Source of the DNA: an uncultured Dialister sp.
Lineage (GTDB): Bacteria; Bacillota; Negativicutes; Veillonellales; Dialisteraceae
Direction: 5' to 3'
Assembly (NCBI GenBank): GCA_964587685.1
Contig: CAZPLS010000001.1
Span: forward strand, 14,134-78,133
Length of the DNA: 64,000 bases
Shown here: piece by piece, positions 48,149 to 57,309 of the stretch
How the letters are laid out: each line of letters begins with the position of its first letter
How positions within the stretch are numbered: the stretch's first letter is position 1
Made by a program: the position numbers and the translations under genes
The notes under the pieces: model-generated
The model's database searches: none
The model's input: the letters and a program-made list of their open reading frames with translations, nothing else
Told to the model about the DNA's origin: nothing

Positions 48149-49797
48149 GTACTCATGTGTTCTGCCCGTTCTCTTTCCCTGCGGTGCGCCAGCGCTGACG
48201 CCGCTTCGATGACCCGGCGGAAGGACGGAGGAATATCCTCCTCCCCGAGAGCCAGCCCCAGGACCCGGCCCATGATGACCCCCTTGTTGCCGTAGAGCCA
48301 GGCAAAGTAGTAAAATTGCAGGGCCCTCTCGTCCCGGCCGGAAATATTTTCCAGCTTCCTTGGCCGGTTGAAGTACCGGGTCTGCTCCAGCTTCTGGCCA
48401 GCCTTCTTCACCATGGCTGACGATACATAGGTGCTCCCTTCCCCGGTGCTCCGAATAATTTCATCGAGCATGCGCCGCTTGTTTCTCCCAAGGCAGGTCA
48501 TGACCACATCCATCTCATAGCAGATATAGTCCGTATAAAATACATACGGCGACGTCTTCGACCCGGTCATGACGTCCCGGTCATAGAAGCAGACCGCCGG
48601 GACGTGGAAACGTCGCATCAGCTTGGCAATTTTGGCAATGGAGCTCTCCCCCCGGGCATTGATGAGACAAATCCCCTGGTAATCAAAATCCATCTTCATC
48701 GTGCGCGCAAAGTATTCAAAGGACCCATACTCCGTCTCGCCCTCCACCAGAACGGCGCACTGGGCATACAGAGCCTCTTTTACCTCGGGGAAATGCATAA
48801 TCAGGTGCTTTTCTATTTCCCTGTCAAAATGAAACGAAGCGCCGCAGGCCGCGCGCACTTCCATACCCGGCCCCCAGTAGAGCCGGATGATGGTGCGGTA
48901 ATCGTTGATCAGCGCCTCTGCCGAATGGGTCACCACGAAAAGCTGGCCGTCCAGCCCGTCAATTCCGAACACCTCCTGGAGCAGCTGCACAAAAAGCGGC
49001 TCTTCATTGTTCAGAATCCGCTGCAGAAAGGACAGCACCGCCCGCTGCATGTAGGGATTCATGTGCTGCTCCGGCTCATCGATGCTCACCATGACCGGCA
49101 AGTAGCGCTTCCCTTTTTTATCGGTCATGACAATTTCTTCAAAGGGAACCGCCCGGCTTTTCTTTTTCTGAAACAGCCGGGACAGCACGTAGGTCCCCGC
49201 GGCAAGGAGTACCTGCATGGTGCTTCGCCCGGCGCCGCCATGGGAATGGCCAAAAATGGCGTGCATCAGCCGCATCGCCGCCGCATCGGCGGCCCCCGAC
49301 ATATCCAGTTCGATGCCGTCCTGCGCAAAGAGCCTTTCCAGATTCCGGCAGTTCTCCTCGCTGAAATGAAGGCACGCTTCAAAGAGCTCCCGGATTTCCG
49401 CCGCTCCCCTTATGATATTTTGTCTCTGCATCGCCTCATGAAGCGACTGGGCCAAATAGTACATCCGGCGGATATATTCCAGAGGCAGCTCTTCTCCCTG
49501 ACCGTTTGTCAAATGGGGCATCACTTCATGGATGTGCTGCGTCAGCACAAGATCCACCGTATCTTCCGTGCCCTTATCTCCGACAGACAGGGTGTACACC
49601 ACGCGAATGGGCCGCTCCGGATCCTGAAAATCTCTTTCCCGAAATCCGCAGCCGGAAAGGGTGGTGCCCAGCAAATCAAGGAAATTGCTTTTCCCTATGT
49701 TATTATCTCCCACGAGGTAATTCACGCGCTCATGAAAAACCATTTCCAGGGATCGGAAGGTGCGGTAATTTTCGATGGTAATTCTGGAAAGATACAT
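48145..49797 (-). CDS. OLD-family ATP-dependent endonuclease (ABC-type ATPase + C-terminal TOPRIM), stand-alone
   Basis: 550 aa. Walker A GDNNIGKS, Walker B VSIDEPEQH, H-loop LFVVTHS. TOPRIM motifs VLVEGETE, ARGESS and FYDRDV (DxD). Confidence 0.8.
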   Translation of the reverse strand: MYLSRITIENYRTFRSLEMVFHERVNYLVGDNNIGKSNFLDLLGTTLSGCGFRERDFQDPERPIRVVYTLSVGDKGTEDTVDLVLTQHIHEVMPHLTNGQGEELPLEYIRRMYYLAQSLHEAMQRQNIIRGAAEIRELFEACLHFSEENCRNLERLFAQDGIELDMSGAADAAAMRLMHAIFGHSHGGAGRSTMQVLLAAGTYVLSRLFQKKKSRAVPFEEIVMTDKKGKRYLPVMVSIDEPEQHMNPYMQRAVLSFLQRILNNEEPLFVQLLQEVFGIDGLDGQLFVVTHSAEALINDYRTIIRLYWGPGMEVRAACGASFHFDREIEKHLIMHFPEVKEALYAQCAVLVEGETEYGSFEYFARTMKMDFDYQGICLINARGESSIAKIAKLMRRFHVPAVCFYDRDVMTGSKTSPYVFYTDYICYEMDVVMTCLGRNKRRMLDEIIRSTGEGSTYVSSAMVKKAGQKLEQTRYFNRPRKLENISGRDERALQFYYFAWLYGNKGVIMGRVLGLALGEEDIPPSFRRVIEAASALAHRRERERAEHMST

Positions 49798-49970
49798 GCG
49801 TCCTCCTCACCGGCGCCGTACGCCTCTGTACTTTATTATATCATTCCCTCCCTGAAATATCGGTCTCTTTCCGGCCCGCTTTCCCGGTTCCCTGCTCTCC
49901 CGTCTTCCCTGCTCTTGACAACGCGCCCTTTTCTCTTCATGATAAGAACAATTCAGCAAAGGAAATCTCT

Positions 49971-50453
49971 ATGAGCAAGGAAAAGAAAACCAATGTGATG
50001 CGCATTCTTGACAAGGCGCATATCCCTTACACAGCCAAATCCTATCCCTATGACGAAAGCGACCTTTCGGGCGTGCATGCCGCAGAGGCACTGGGCATGC
50101 CGGCGGATATGGTCTTCAAAACCATCGTCGTCCGGGGCGACAAAACGGGACCGGTCGTATTCTGCCTCCCCTCGGACCAGGAGCTTGACCTGAAAACAGC
50201 CGCTCATGTAAGCGGCAACAAGAGTGTGTCCATGCTCCATGTGCGGGAGCTTCCCGGCCTGACGGGATACATCCGCGGCGGATGCTCCCCCATTGGCATG
50301 AAGAAACAATTTCCCACATATATTGACAGCTCCTGCGACGAGCACAGCACCATCAGCATCAGCGCCGGCCAGCGGGGCATGCAGGTGTGCCTGGCGCCAG
50401 CGGCCCTGGTCCGATTCCTGGGCGCACAAAAAGCGCCTGTCACCCGCAGCTAG
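49971..50453 (+). CDS. ybaK: Cys-tRNA(Pro)/Cys-tRNA(Cys) deacylase
   Basis: 160 aa. TNVMRILD...FKTIVV...GGCSPIG YbaK/EbsC motifs. Confidence 0.85.
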   Translation: MSKEKKTNVMRILDKAHIPYTAKSYPYDESDLSGVHAAEALGMPADMVFKTIVVRGDKTGPVVFCLPSDQELDLKTAAHVSGNKSVSMLHVRELPGLTGYIRGGCSPIGMKKQFPTYIDSSCDEHSTISISAGQRGMQVCLAPAALVRFLGAQKAPVTRS

Positions 50454-50489
50454 AAAAGGAGCAGCCCCTTCCAAAGGGCTGCTCCTTTT
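50454..50489. terminator. bidirectional intrinsic terminator between ybaK and budA
   Basis: 14-bp stem AAAAGGAGCAGCCC/GGGCTGCTCCTTTT. Confidence 0.75.
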
Positions 50490-50492
50490 CCA

Positions 50493-51242
50493 TTATTCTT
50501 CTGTATCGCGCATGGCCTTTTCCATGTCCCGCGTATCGCAGAGACAGATCCGGGAAAAGGCTTTCCCCTCCGGCAGGCGGACAGCATGCTCAAAAATGGG
50601 ATACACCTGCAGGTTCATTACCTCTGACTGTATATCCAGCAAATGGCCGCCGCAGGACAGGTCATCCGCCAGGAAATGAAAATGCCAGAACGGAATATTA
50701 ACGTGGGTCATAAACCGGGGAAAGAGGAATCCCAAAAGGGTCCCGGACACGTGCTTCATGTGGAATACCTTCTGCGCCTTCGCCGCCTCCAGCAGTGTGG
50801 GATAGGGCTTCTCCTGCTTTCCAATGCTGCGGACCTCCACCGCCGCATCATCCACATGGCCCCGGATCGCATAAATAATGTTGGGATCCTCCAGGGTCCA
50901 CTCGCCGATCTTTTCTTCCATTTCCTCCCGGTTTCCGATGCCCTCGATGCGGTGCAGCGGCGCAAACCGGTCAAAGCAGGTCACCTGCGCAAAGGAAACC
51001 ATCTTCTCCGGCAGGGCTTCCTCCACCGTGCCGTCATCCTTACAAACATAGGCCGTTCCATCAAGAACCACCAGCTCACCGTCAATGCCCTCAAAGGTGC
51101 CGATGCCAAAATCCCCGCGGCAAAGGAGCTCCTTCACCGAAATCACGCCTTCCATCACGCCCTGCATCAGAGCGTCAATGACAGACACCTGGTATACGGA
51201 ATGTCTGTTAATCCATCTTTCTCTGTAACTCAATTCCTGCAT
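50493..51242 (-). CDS. budA: alpha-acetolactate decarboxylase
   Basis: Start trimmed to MQELSY behind GAAGGAG. VYQVSVIDALMQGV...GDFGIGTFEGIDGELVVLDG...FWHFHFL motifs. Confidence 0.85.
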   Translation of the reverse strand: MQELSYRERWINRHSVYQVSVIDALMQGVMEGVISVKELLCRGDFGIGTFEGIDGELVVLDGTAYVCKDDGTVEEALPEKMVSFAQVTCFDRFAPLHRIEGIGNREEMEEKIGEWTLEDPNIIYAIRGHVDDAAVEVRSIGKQEKPYPTLLEAAKAQKVFHMKHVSGTLLGFLFPRFMTHVNIPFWHFHFLADDLSCGGHLLDIQSEVMNLQVYPIFEHAVRLPEGKAFSRICLCDTRDMEKAMRDTEE

Positions 51243-51457
51243 AATGATCTCCTTCTCGCTTGCAACGTTCATTTTTCCTTTAAGTCCATTATATAGTATC
51301 TTCATCGTTCCTATCAATGATAACGCATAGACCCGCCCGGGCATGGCTGCCCCAAATGGGCCTGTGCGTTGCTGCTTTCCCGGTACGTCAATTCCCACAT
51401 TGCATCTATTATAGCACGAACGCCCTTATCTTCATTTAAAATTTTCAAAACTCACTC

Positions 51458-51807
51458 TTGACATCCATCCCTTCTATTGGATATACTCATAAAAACCAGT
51501 ACATACACGCAAGGATGGAGAAGGGACTGGGAATCCTTACAGAGAGGCAGCGGTTGGTGCGAGCTGTCAGGAGGAAACTGTCTTTCCGCTTCAGAGCGAT
51601 GAGTGAAGAATTCATCGGGCCTGCCCGTTACAGCAGACGCAAGATGGCCGTAAGGCAATTTGGGTGGTATCGCGGGTTCTCTCGTCCCTTGGGATGAAGA
51701 GACTTTTTTATTATCCGGACTGTCTTTGGCAAATTGGGTGGCACCGCGAGAAGAGAAGCTCGTCCCATGGGACACTTCTCTTTTTTTGTTTCAATAAGGA
51801 GGATAGT
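51458..51807 (+). promoter_or_regulatory. T-box riboswitch leader of the serC-serA operon, with two tandem antiterminator/terminator modules
   Basis: TTGACA (51458-51463), 18 nt, TATACT (51482-51487). AGAGAG (51541-51546), GGUGCGA distal-loop motif, F-box CCGUUA (51625-51630). T-box sequence 1 at 51657-51676 with terminator 1 at 51677-51709. T-box sequence 2 at 51731-51750 with terminator 2 at 51748-51787. Confidence 0.8.
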
Positions 51808-52878
51808 ATGAAACGCGTATGGAACTTCAACGCCGGCCCTTCCCCGATGCCGCTTTCCGTCCTGGAGGAAATACGGGACGAATTCACCGATTACGGCGGC
51901 ACAGGCATGGGCATCATTGAAATGAGTCACCGCTCCAAAGAATTTCTGGCCCTTCTGGCAGAAACGAAGGCGCTCCTTGCAGAGCTGATGGAGCTCGGCG
52001 ATGACCAGGAGATCATTTTCGTCCAGGGCGGCGGCTCCATGCAGTTTGTCATGGAGGCGTACAATTTCCTTCACACCCGCGCGGCCTATGCCGACACGGG
52101 GGTATGGGCCAGCAAGGCGCGGGATGCGGCCCAATTTTTCGGCGAAGCCTATGACGCCAACTCCGCCGGGGACAGAAACTATTCCTATATCCCGAATACC
52201 TATGACATCCGTCCCGGCACCGATTATCTCCACATCACAACGAACAATACCATTTACGGTACGGAATACTGGGAATTTCCCCAGGTCCAGGTGCCCCTTA
52301 TCTGCGATATGTCCAGCGACATTCTCTCCCGCCGCGTCGACTGCCGCCAGTTTTCCCTGATCTGGGCAGGCATTCAGAAAAATCTCGGCGCCGCCGGAAC
52401 GGCCCTCGCCATTATCAAAAAAGATTTCCTTGAAACGGCGCGCACCGATGTGCCGGAGTTCCTGAAATACCGCACCTTTGTGGACAAGGATTCCACCTAC
52501 AATACGCCGTCGGTTTTCTGCATTTACACGCTGAACAAAATGCTTCACTGGATCAAGAATATGGGCGGCGTGGACGCAATGGAAATTCTGAACAAAAAGA
52601 AGGCCGACCTTCTCTACGACACCATTGATGGAAGCGGCGGATTCTACCGGGGTCATGCCGAGCCTGCCTTCCGGAGCCGCATGAATGTGACGTTCAATCT
52701 GGCGGATCCCGCCATGGAAAAAGACTTTATCGCCAAAGCCAAAGAAAACCAGCTTATCGGCGTGGGCGGCCATCGCCTCGTGGGCGGCTGCCGCGTATCT
52801 CTGTACAATGCGGTCACGCTGGAAGCGGCGGAAGCCATGACGGATTTTATGAAGGAATATGCGCGTACCAACGGCTGA
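51808..52878 (+). CDS. serC: 3-phosphoserine/phosphohydroxythreonine aminotransferase
   Basis: Start trimmed to MKRVWNFNAGPSPMP behind AAGGAGG. GAQKNLG-type PLP lysine motif (GIQKNLGAAG). Confidence 0.9.
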   Translation: MKRVWNFNAGPSPMPLSVLEEIRDEFTDYGGTGMGIIEMSHRSKEFLALLAETKALLAELMELGDDQEIIFVQGGGSMQFVMEAYNFLHTRAAYADTGVWASKARDAAQFFGEAYDANSAGDRNYSYIPNTYDIRPGTDYLHITTNNTIYGTEYWEFPQVQVPLICDMSSDILSRRVDCRQFSLIWAGIQKNLGAAGTALAIIKKDFLETARTDVPEFLKYRTFVDKDSTYNTPSVFCIYTLNKMLHWIKNMGGVDAMEILNKKKADLLYDTIDGSGGFYRGHAEPAFRSRMNVTFNLADPAMEKDFIAKAKENQLIGVGGHRLVGGCRVSLYNAVTLEAAEAMTDFMKEYARTNG

Positions 52879-52908
52879 TTCTCTGTTATGTAAAAAGGAG
52901 GCCCTCTC

Positions 52909-54501
52909 ATGTACAAAATCTTTATCACCAACGACGTCGCCAAGGAAGCCAAAGAATACCTGGAAAAGGAATTCCTCGTGGATATTCTCCCCAACATGGA
53001 GGAGGATGAACTCTGCAAGGCTATCGTGAGCTATGATGCCATCATCACCCGCAGCCAGACCCGCATCACCGCCAAAGTCATCGAAGCGGCAAAGAACCTG
53101 AAGGTCATCGGCCGCGCCGGCGTCGGCGTGGACGGCATTGACATTCCTGCCGCAACCAAGCACGGCATTACGGTAGTCAACACCCCTGAATCCAACACCA
53201 TCGCCGCCTGCGAGCACACCCTGGCTCTTATGCTGGCCATGACGCGCTATGTTCCGCAGGCCCATCAATCCATCATGGAAGGCTTATGGGACAGAAAAAG
53301 CTTCACCGGCATCCAGCTTCTCGATAAGACCGTAGGGATTATCGGCGTAGGCCGTGTGGGATCCAATGTGGCCAAACGCCTGCAGGCGTTCAACATGCGG
53401 ACCATTGGCTATGACCCCTATATTCCCCTCGAACGGGGCAAGCAGCTCGGCGTGGAGCTGGTCGATCTGGATACCCTTCTCGCACAGTCCGATTTCATCA
53501 CCCTTCATACCCCCCTTACGGATGAAACATTCCACATGATTTCCGCAAAAGAAATTGCCAAAATGAAGGACGGCGTGCGCATTGTCAATGCGAGCCGCGG
53601 CGCGGTTATCAAAATTGAGGACCTGGCAGAAGCCCTTAAAACGGGGAAGGTGGCCGCCGCCGGTATTGACGTATGGGCGAGCGAGCCTTTGAAGCCGGAA
53701 GACAACCCGTTCATCGGCATGAAAAATGTCTGCCTGACCCCCCATCTCGGCGCTTCCACGATAGAAGCGCAGATCGGCGTAGCCACCGATGCCGCCAAAG
53801 GCGTCGCTGATGCGCTCCACGGCGAGCCGGTAGCCACCGCGGTCAATGCCTCCCCCATCACGAAGAGCACCCTCGCTGTCATCCAGCCCTACTTCGACCT
53901 GTGCGAGCGGATGGGCAACATCGCCATTTACCTGGCGGATGGGCACATCGGCCGCGTTACGGTGGAGTACACCGGCGAGCTTCATGACACGGAGGTGGCC
54001 CCCCTCACCACCGCCGTCATCAAAGGACTGCTCACGCCGGTACTCCAGGCCACTGTCAACTTCGTCAATGCAAGAAACATTGCAGAAGAACGCCACATGG
54101 AGGTTCGGGAAATCAAGGGCAGCAAGGGCACCTACTTCACCACCTCCATCACGGTCACCATTGAAACAGAAAAAGGCACCCATCAGATCACGGGCGTTCT
54201 CTTTGACCGCCGGGAGGCCAAGATCGTCCAGATTGACGGCTACCTCATGGATTTCGAGCCCAAGGGCTACCTCCTCATCGCCCCCCATGCGGACCGGCCG
54301 AACATGATTGGGCAAATCGCGGGCATCCTCGGAAATGCAGGCATCAACATCAACGGCATGCAGGTGGGCCGCACGCCCCAGGAAGGCACCAATATCATGG
54401 CGGTGGCTCTCGATGCGGATCTGCCCAATGATCTCCTCATTGCTCTCAAAAACATTGACGGCATTCTTGACTTGAAAGTTATTAATTGCGAAAAACACTG
54501 A
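52909..54501 (+). CDS. serA: D-3-phosphoglycerate dehydrogenase (long form with ASB and ACT domains)
   Basis: 530 aa. GIIGVGRVGSNVA NAD motif and a C-terminal ACT-like region. Confidence 0.9.
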   Translation: MYKIFITNDVAKEAKEYLEKEFLVDILPNMEEDELCKAIVSYDAIITRSQTRITAKVIEAAKNLKVIGRAGVGVDGIDIPAATKHGITVVNTPESNTIAACEHTLALMLAMTRYVPQAHQSIMEGLWDRKSFTGIQLLDKTVGIIGVGRVGSNVAKRLQAFNMRTIGYDPYIPLERGKQLGVELVDLDTLLAQSDFITLHTPLTDETFHMISAKEIAKMKDGVRIVNASRGAVIKIEDLAEALKTGKVAAAGIDVWASEPLKPEDNPFIGMKNVCLTPHLGASTIEAQIGVATDAAKGVADALHGEPVATAVNASPITKSTLAVIQPYFDLCERMGNIAIYLADGHIGRVTVEYTGELHDTEVAPLTTAVIKGLLTPVLQATVNFVNARNIAEERHMEVREIKGSKGTYFTTSITVTIETEKGTHQITGVLFDRREAKIVQIDGYLMDFEPKGYLLIAPHADRPNMIGQIAGILGNAGININGMQVGRTPQEGTNIMAVALDADLPNDLLIALKNIDGILDLKVINCEKH

Positions 54502-54509
54502 GGTCTGCC

Positions 54510-55148
54510 ATGGTTCGTATTATTCTTATCCGGCACGGGGAAACCACGTGGAACGTGGAGGGACGGTACCAGGGGCAGGTGGACACGCCTCTGTCCCCGA
54601 GGGGCATCGCCCAGGGCCGCGCTGCGGCGGAGGCTCTGCGCTCCCTTACCATCGATGCGGCCGTCTCCAGCCCCCTTTCAAGAGCAAAGGACACCTGCGG
54701 ATTCACCGCCGCCCTTCACAATCTCTCCGTAACCTGCGACGACCGCCTTACAGAAATCTCCCACGGCGCCTGGGAAGGCGAATTTGCCGAAGACATCAAG
54801 GCACGGTATCCCACGGAATTTCACCTCTGGCACACCCACCCTGCGAGGGTGCAGATGCCCGGGGGCGAAAACCTGGAGGATGTGCGCCGCCGGGCCAGAG
54901 CCGCTTTTGACGACATGGCCGAAACATATGACGGAAAAACCGTTCTTGTCGCCGCCCATGACGCGGTAAACAAGGTCATCCTCTGCGACCTTCTCGGCAT
55001 CGATATAGATCACTTCTGGCAAATCAAACAGGACAATGCGTGCATCAATGTGGTCGAATACAGCGACGGCCGCTGGCGCCTGGTTCTGATGAATTCCACC
55101 GTCCATCTCGGGTACCTCGTAAGCGGCATTGAACAAAAGGGGCTGTAA
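54510..55148 (+). CDS. histidine phosphatase superfamily protein (dPGM-like); candidate phosphoserine phosphatase, alternatively CobC-like
   Basis: LIRHGETTWN (RHG motif) and a second His in VAAHDAV. ATG lies 8 nt after the serA stop, behind GAGG. Confidence 0.75.
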   Translation: MVRIILIRHGETTWNVEGRYQGQVDTPLSPRGIAQGRAAAEALRSLTIDAAVSSPLSRAKDTCGFTAALHNLSVTCDDRLTEISHGAWEGEFAEDIKARYPTEFHLWHTHPARVQMPGGENLEDVRRRARAAFDDMAETYDGKTVLVAAHDAVNKVILCDLLGIDIDHFWQIKQDNACINVVEYSDGRWRLVLMNSTVHLGYLVSGIEQKGL

Positions 55149-55151
55149 GCC

Positions 55152-55190
55152 AAAAGGACAGGGCACTGGATCATGCCCTGTCCTTTTTTG
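55152..55190 (+). terminator. intrinsic terminator of the ser operon
   Basis: 14-bp stem AAAAGGACAGGGCA/TGCCCTGTCCTTTT followed by a T-run. Confidence 0.75.
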
Positions 55191-55248
55191 CGCGGCCGGC
55201 CGCCTCCTTCGATGACCAGCCTATCCCCTTTTGACCGTTATTCTCCAA

Positions 55249-55282
55249 CCAAAAAAGATGCGGATATCCGCATCTTTTTTTC
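55249..55282 (-). terminator. intrinsic terminator after rpsI
   Basis: AAAAAAGATGCGGA/TCCGCATCTTTTTT perfect palindromic hairpin. Confidence 0.75.
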
Positions 55283-55285
55283 GTA

Positions 55286-55678
55286 TCAGCGCTTGCTGAA
55301 CTGGCTTGCTCTTCTTGCTTTCTTGAGACCGTATTTCTTACGTTCCTTCATACGGGGATCCCGCGTGAGAAGGCCAGCGCTCTTCAGCACCTTGCGGTAC
55401 TCTCCGTCCACTTCGAGCAGCGCACGGCTGATGCCGTGACGAATGGCGCCTGCCTGACCTGTACGGCCGCCGCCCTTCACATTGGCGATCACATCGTAAG
55501 CGGCCGTCGTGCCCGTCAGTTCAAGGGGCTGCTTAATGATGAGCTCGAGAGTCTTCAAATCGAAGTAGTCATCAAGGGTGCGTCCATTGATGATAATATT
55601 TCCCTGACCCGGTACCAGACGGACTCTGGCAACGGATGTTTTTCTGCGGCCCGTGCCGTAGTAAGTAGCTTCTGCCAT
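55286..55678 (-). CDS. rpsI: 30S ribosomal protein S9
   Basis: 130 aa. YYGTGRRK...[19 protein letters not shown]...[12 protein letters not shown]...KR terminus. Confidence 0.95.
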   Translation of the reverse strand: MAEATYYGTGRRKTSVARVRLVPGQGNIIINGRTLDDYFDLKTLELIIKQPLELTGTTAAYDVIANVKGGGRTGQAGAIRHGISRALLEVDGEYRKVLKSAGLLTRDPRMKERKKYGLKKARRASQFSKR

Positions 55679-55701
55679 GTTTTTTCCCTTCCCTTCTGGT
55701 A

Positions 55702-56142
55702 TTAACGGATGTCAAATTTCAGTTCTTCCGGCTGCTGTGCTGCATGGGGATGTTCGGGCCCTGCATACACATGGAGCTTTCTGTACATCTGATCTCCAAG
55801 TCTGTTCTTCGGCAGCATGCCGCGAATCGCATGCTCCACCATCTTCACCGGCTTGTACTTCAGCATGTAGTTTGCCTTTTCGTACCGATCTCCGCCGATG
55901 TATCCGGTATAGTGGAAGTACACCTTCTTCGTCAGCTTCTTGCCGGTGAGAACAACCTTGTCCGCATTGACAATGATGACATAATCGCCGGTGTCAACAT
56001 GCGGTGTAAAAGTAACCTTATTCTTACCCCGAAGGATTTCTGCCACCCCGGCAGCTAAACGGCCAAGAGTTTTGCCTTCAGCGTCAACGACATACCATTT
56101 CCGAGTGATATTGCTCGAATTGGCCATAAATGTATCTTTCAT
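55702..56142 (-). CDS. rplM: 50S ribosomal protein L13
   Basis: 146 aa. [17 protein letters not shown]...[12 protein letters not shown] motifs. Confidence 0.95.
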   Translation of the reverse strand: MKDTFMANSSNITRKWYVVDAEGKTLGRLAAGVAEILRGKNKVTFTPHVDTGDYVIIVNADKVVLTGKKLTKKVYFHYTGYIGGDRYEKANYMLKYKPVKMVEHAIRGMLPKNRLGDQMYRKLHVYAGPEHPHAAQQPEELKFDIR

Positions 56143-56253
56143 GCTGTTTCCTCCTTAAATATTGACCGCAAGATTTCATCCTTCCTCCGGGGCTAGTGGT
56201 TTCCGGACAAATCTCACAAAGAGCATTTTAACGGGTTCCGCGCCAATTGTCAA
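56143..56253 (-). promoter_or_regulatory. rplM-rpsI promoter and short structured leader (possible L13-type leader)
   Basis: On the minus strand: TTGACA (56248-56253), 17 nt, TAAAAT (56225-56230). About 80-nt leader containing a CCGGAAACCACTAGCCCCGG hairpin before AAGGAGGAA. Confidence 0.5.
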
Positions 56254-56351
56254 GGATAAAAACGCCAAATTTTTCAGAAAAATCGCCGCTTTCCCGGCGC
56301 CTCTGCCGCCAGGCCAATACAGGTCCCCGCCGCCATGAACCAAAGCTTCCC

Positions 56352-56387
56352 CAAAAAAACTCACTGCTCCATTTCCGGCAGTGAGTC
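56352..56387 (-). terminator. intrinsic terminator after sdaAA
   Basis: ACTCACTGC/GCAGTGAGT stem followed by a T7 run on the minus strand. Confidence 0.7.
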
Positions 56388-56417
56388 TGCTGCTTTTTTA
56401 TTTTTGATGCGCTGAAT

Positions 56418-57299
56418 TTACGAATTCTTCATCTTCCGCTTCAGCTCTTTGGCGATGCGCTGGCCCGTAGGCGACATGGCCAAACCGGCCTCGCTCGTTT
56501 CCCGCAGGGATTCCGGCAGGAGGCGGCCCACCTTCCCCATGGTTTCAATCACTTCATCGGGAGGAATGACGCTCTTGATGCCCGAAAGGGCCATTTCCGC
56601 CGCGGTGAGCGCAATGACCGCATCAAAACCGTTCCGCTTGACGCAGGGAACCTCCACCAGTCCCGCCACGGGGTCACACACGAGGCCCATCACGTTTTTT
56701 ATGCCCAGCGCCAGGGCATGGCCCATCTGCTCCGTCGTGCCGCCCATAAGGTCAACCGCCCCGGCCGCAGCCATTCCTATGGCCGTGCCGCATTCCGCCT
56801 GACAGCCTCCCACCGCACCAGCGATGGAGGCGTGCTCCGCCACAATCCGTCCAATCGCGCCGGCGGTAAACAGCGCGCGGGTGTACTCGTCGGCGGTGGC
56901 GTGGATCTCATGCCCCACCGCACCGAACACGGCGGGCACAATGCCGCAGGCCCCCGCGGTGGGACAGGCCACGATGCGGTACATTTTTGCATTGGCTTCC
57001 GCTGCCGCCATGGCATAGGCGCAGGCCCGCCGGCAGACAGGGCTCAAAAACCGCATTCTGGCCCGGAAAAACCGGTTGGCGTCCCCGCCAACCATCCCGC
57101 TTACGGAGAGCGATTTGTCCGCCAGTCCCCGACGAACGGAATGCTCAAAAACGGGGATGAGATTTTTCATGCGCGCCCACGCGTCTTCATAGGAAATATT
57201 TCCGTCCTCTGCTTCTCTCCGGCAGGCGATGACCCCGGGGGAGCAGTGACGGCGGTCCGCCTCTTCAAAAAGCTCCCGAATGGAATGATACTCCTTCAT
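56418..57299 (-). CDS. sdaAA: L-serine ammonia-lyase, iron-sulfur-dependent, alpha subunit
   Basis: 293 aa. ACPTAGACGIVP and GGCQAECG motifs. Confidence 0.9.
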   Translation of the reverse strand: MKEYHSIRELFEEADRRHCSPGVIACRREAEDGNISYEDAWARMKNLIPVFEHSVRRGLADKSLSVSGMVGGDANRFFRARMRFLSPVCRRACAYAMAAAEANAKMYRIVACPTAGACGIVPAVFGAVGHEIHATADEYTRALFTAGAIGRIVAEHASIAGAVGGCQAECGTAIGMAAAGAVDLMGGTTEQMGHALALGIKNVMGLVCDPVAGLVEVPCVKRNGFDAVIALTAAEMALSGIKSVIPPDEVIETMGKVGRLLPESLRETSEAGLAMSPTGQRIAKELKRKMKNS

Positions 57300-57309
57300 G
57301 CCGTCCTCC

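Noticed and set aside
48604-49974. 456-aa plus-strand ORF opposite the OLD nuclease gene, considered as a possible overlapping partner or antitoxin
   Set aside because: No RBS, low-complexity His/Arg/Pro/Gly-rich translation and no motif. It runs into the ybaK start. The OLD frame has all ATPase and TOPRIM motifs, so the minus strand is the coding one.
51608-51614. GAAUUCA in the ser leader, first read as a GAA-NNN-A specifier loop (UUC, Phe)
   Set aside because: By comparison with the order of elements in the B. subtilis tyrS leader, this AGUGAAGAA segment corresponds to the Stem II S-turn region downstream of Stem I, not to the specifier loop. The specifier more likely lies at 51574-51586 and remains unassigned.
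51628-54498. Two long minus-strand ORFs (546 aa and 404 aa) covering the serC-serA region
   Set aside because: They are antisense to serC and serA, which carry clear PLP and NAD motifs and sit behind a T-box leader. The 546-aa ORF would also run through the T-box terminators. No recognisable domains.
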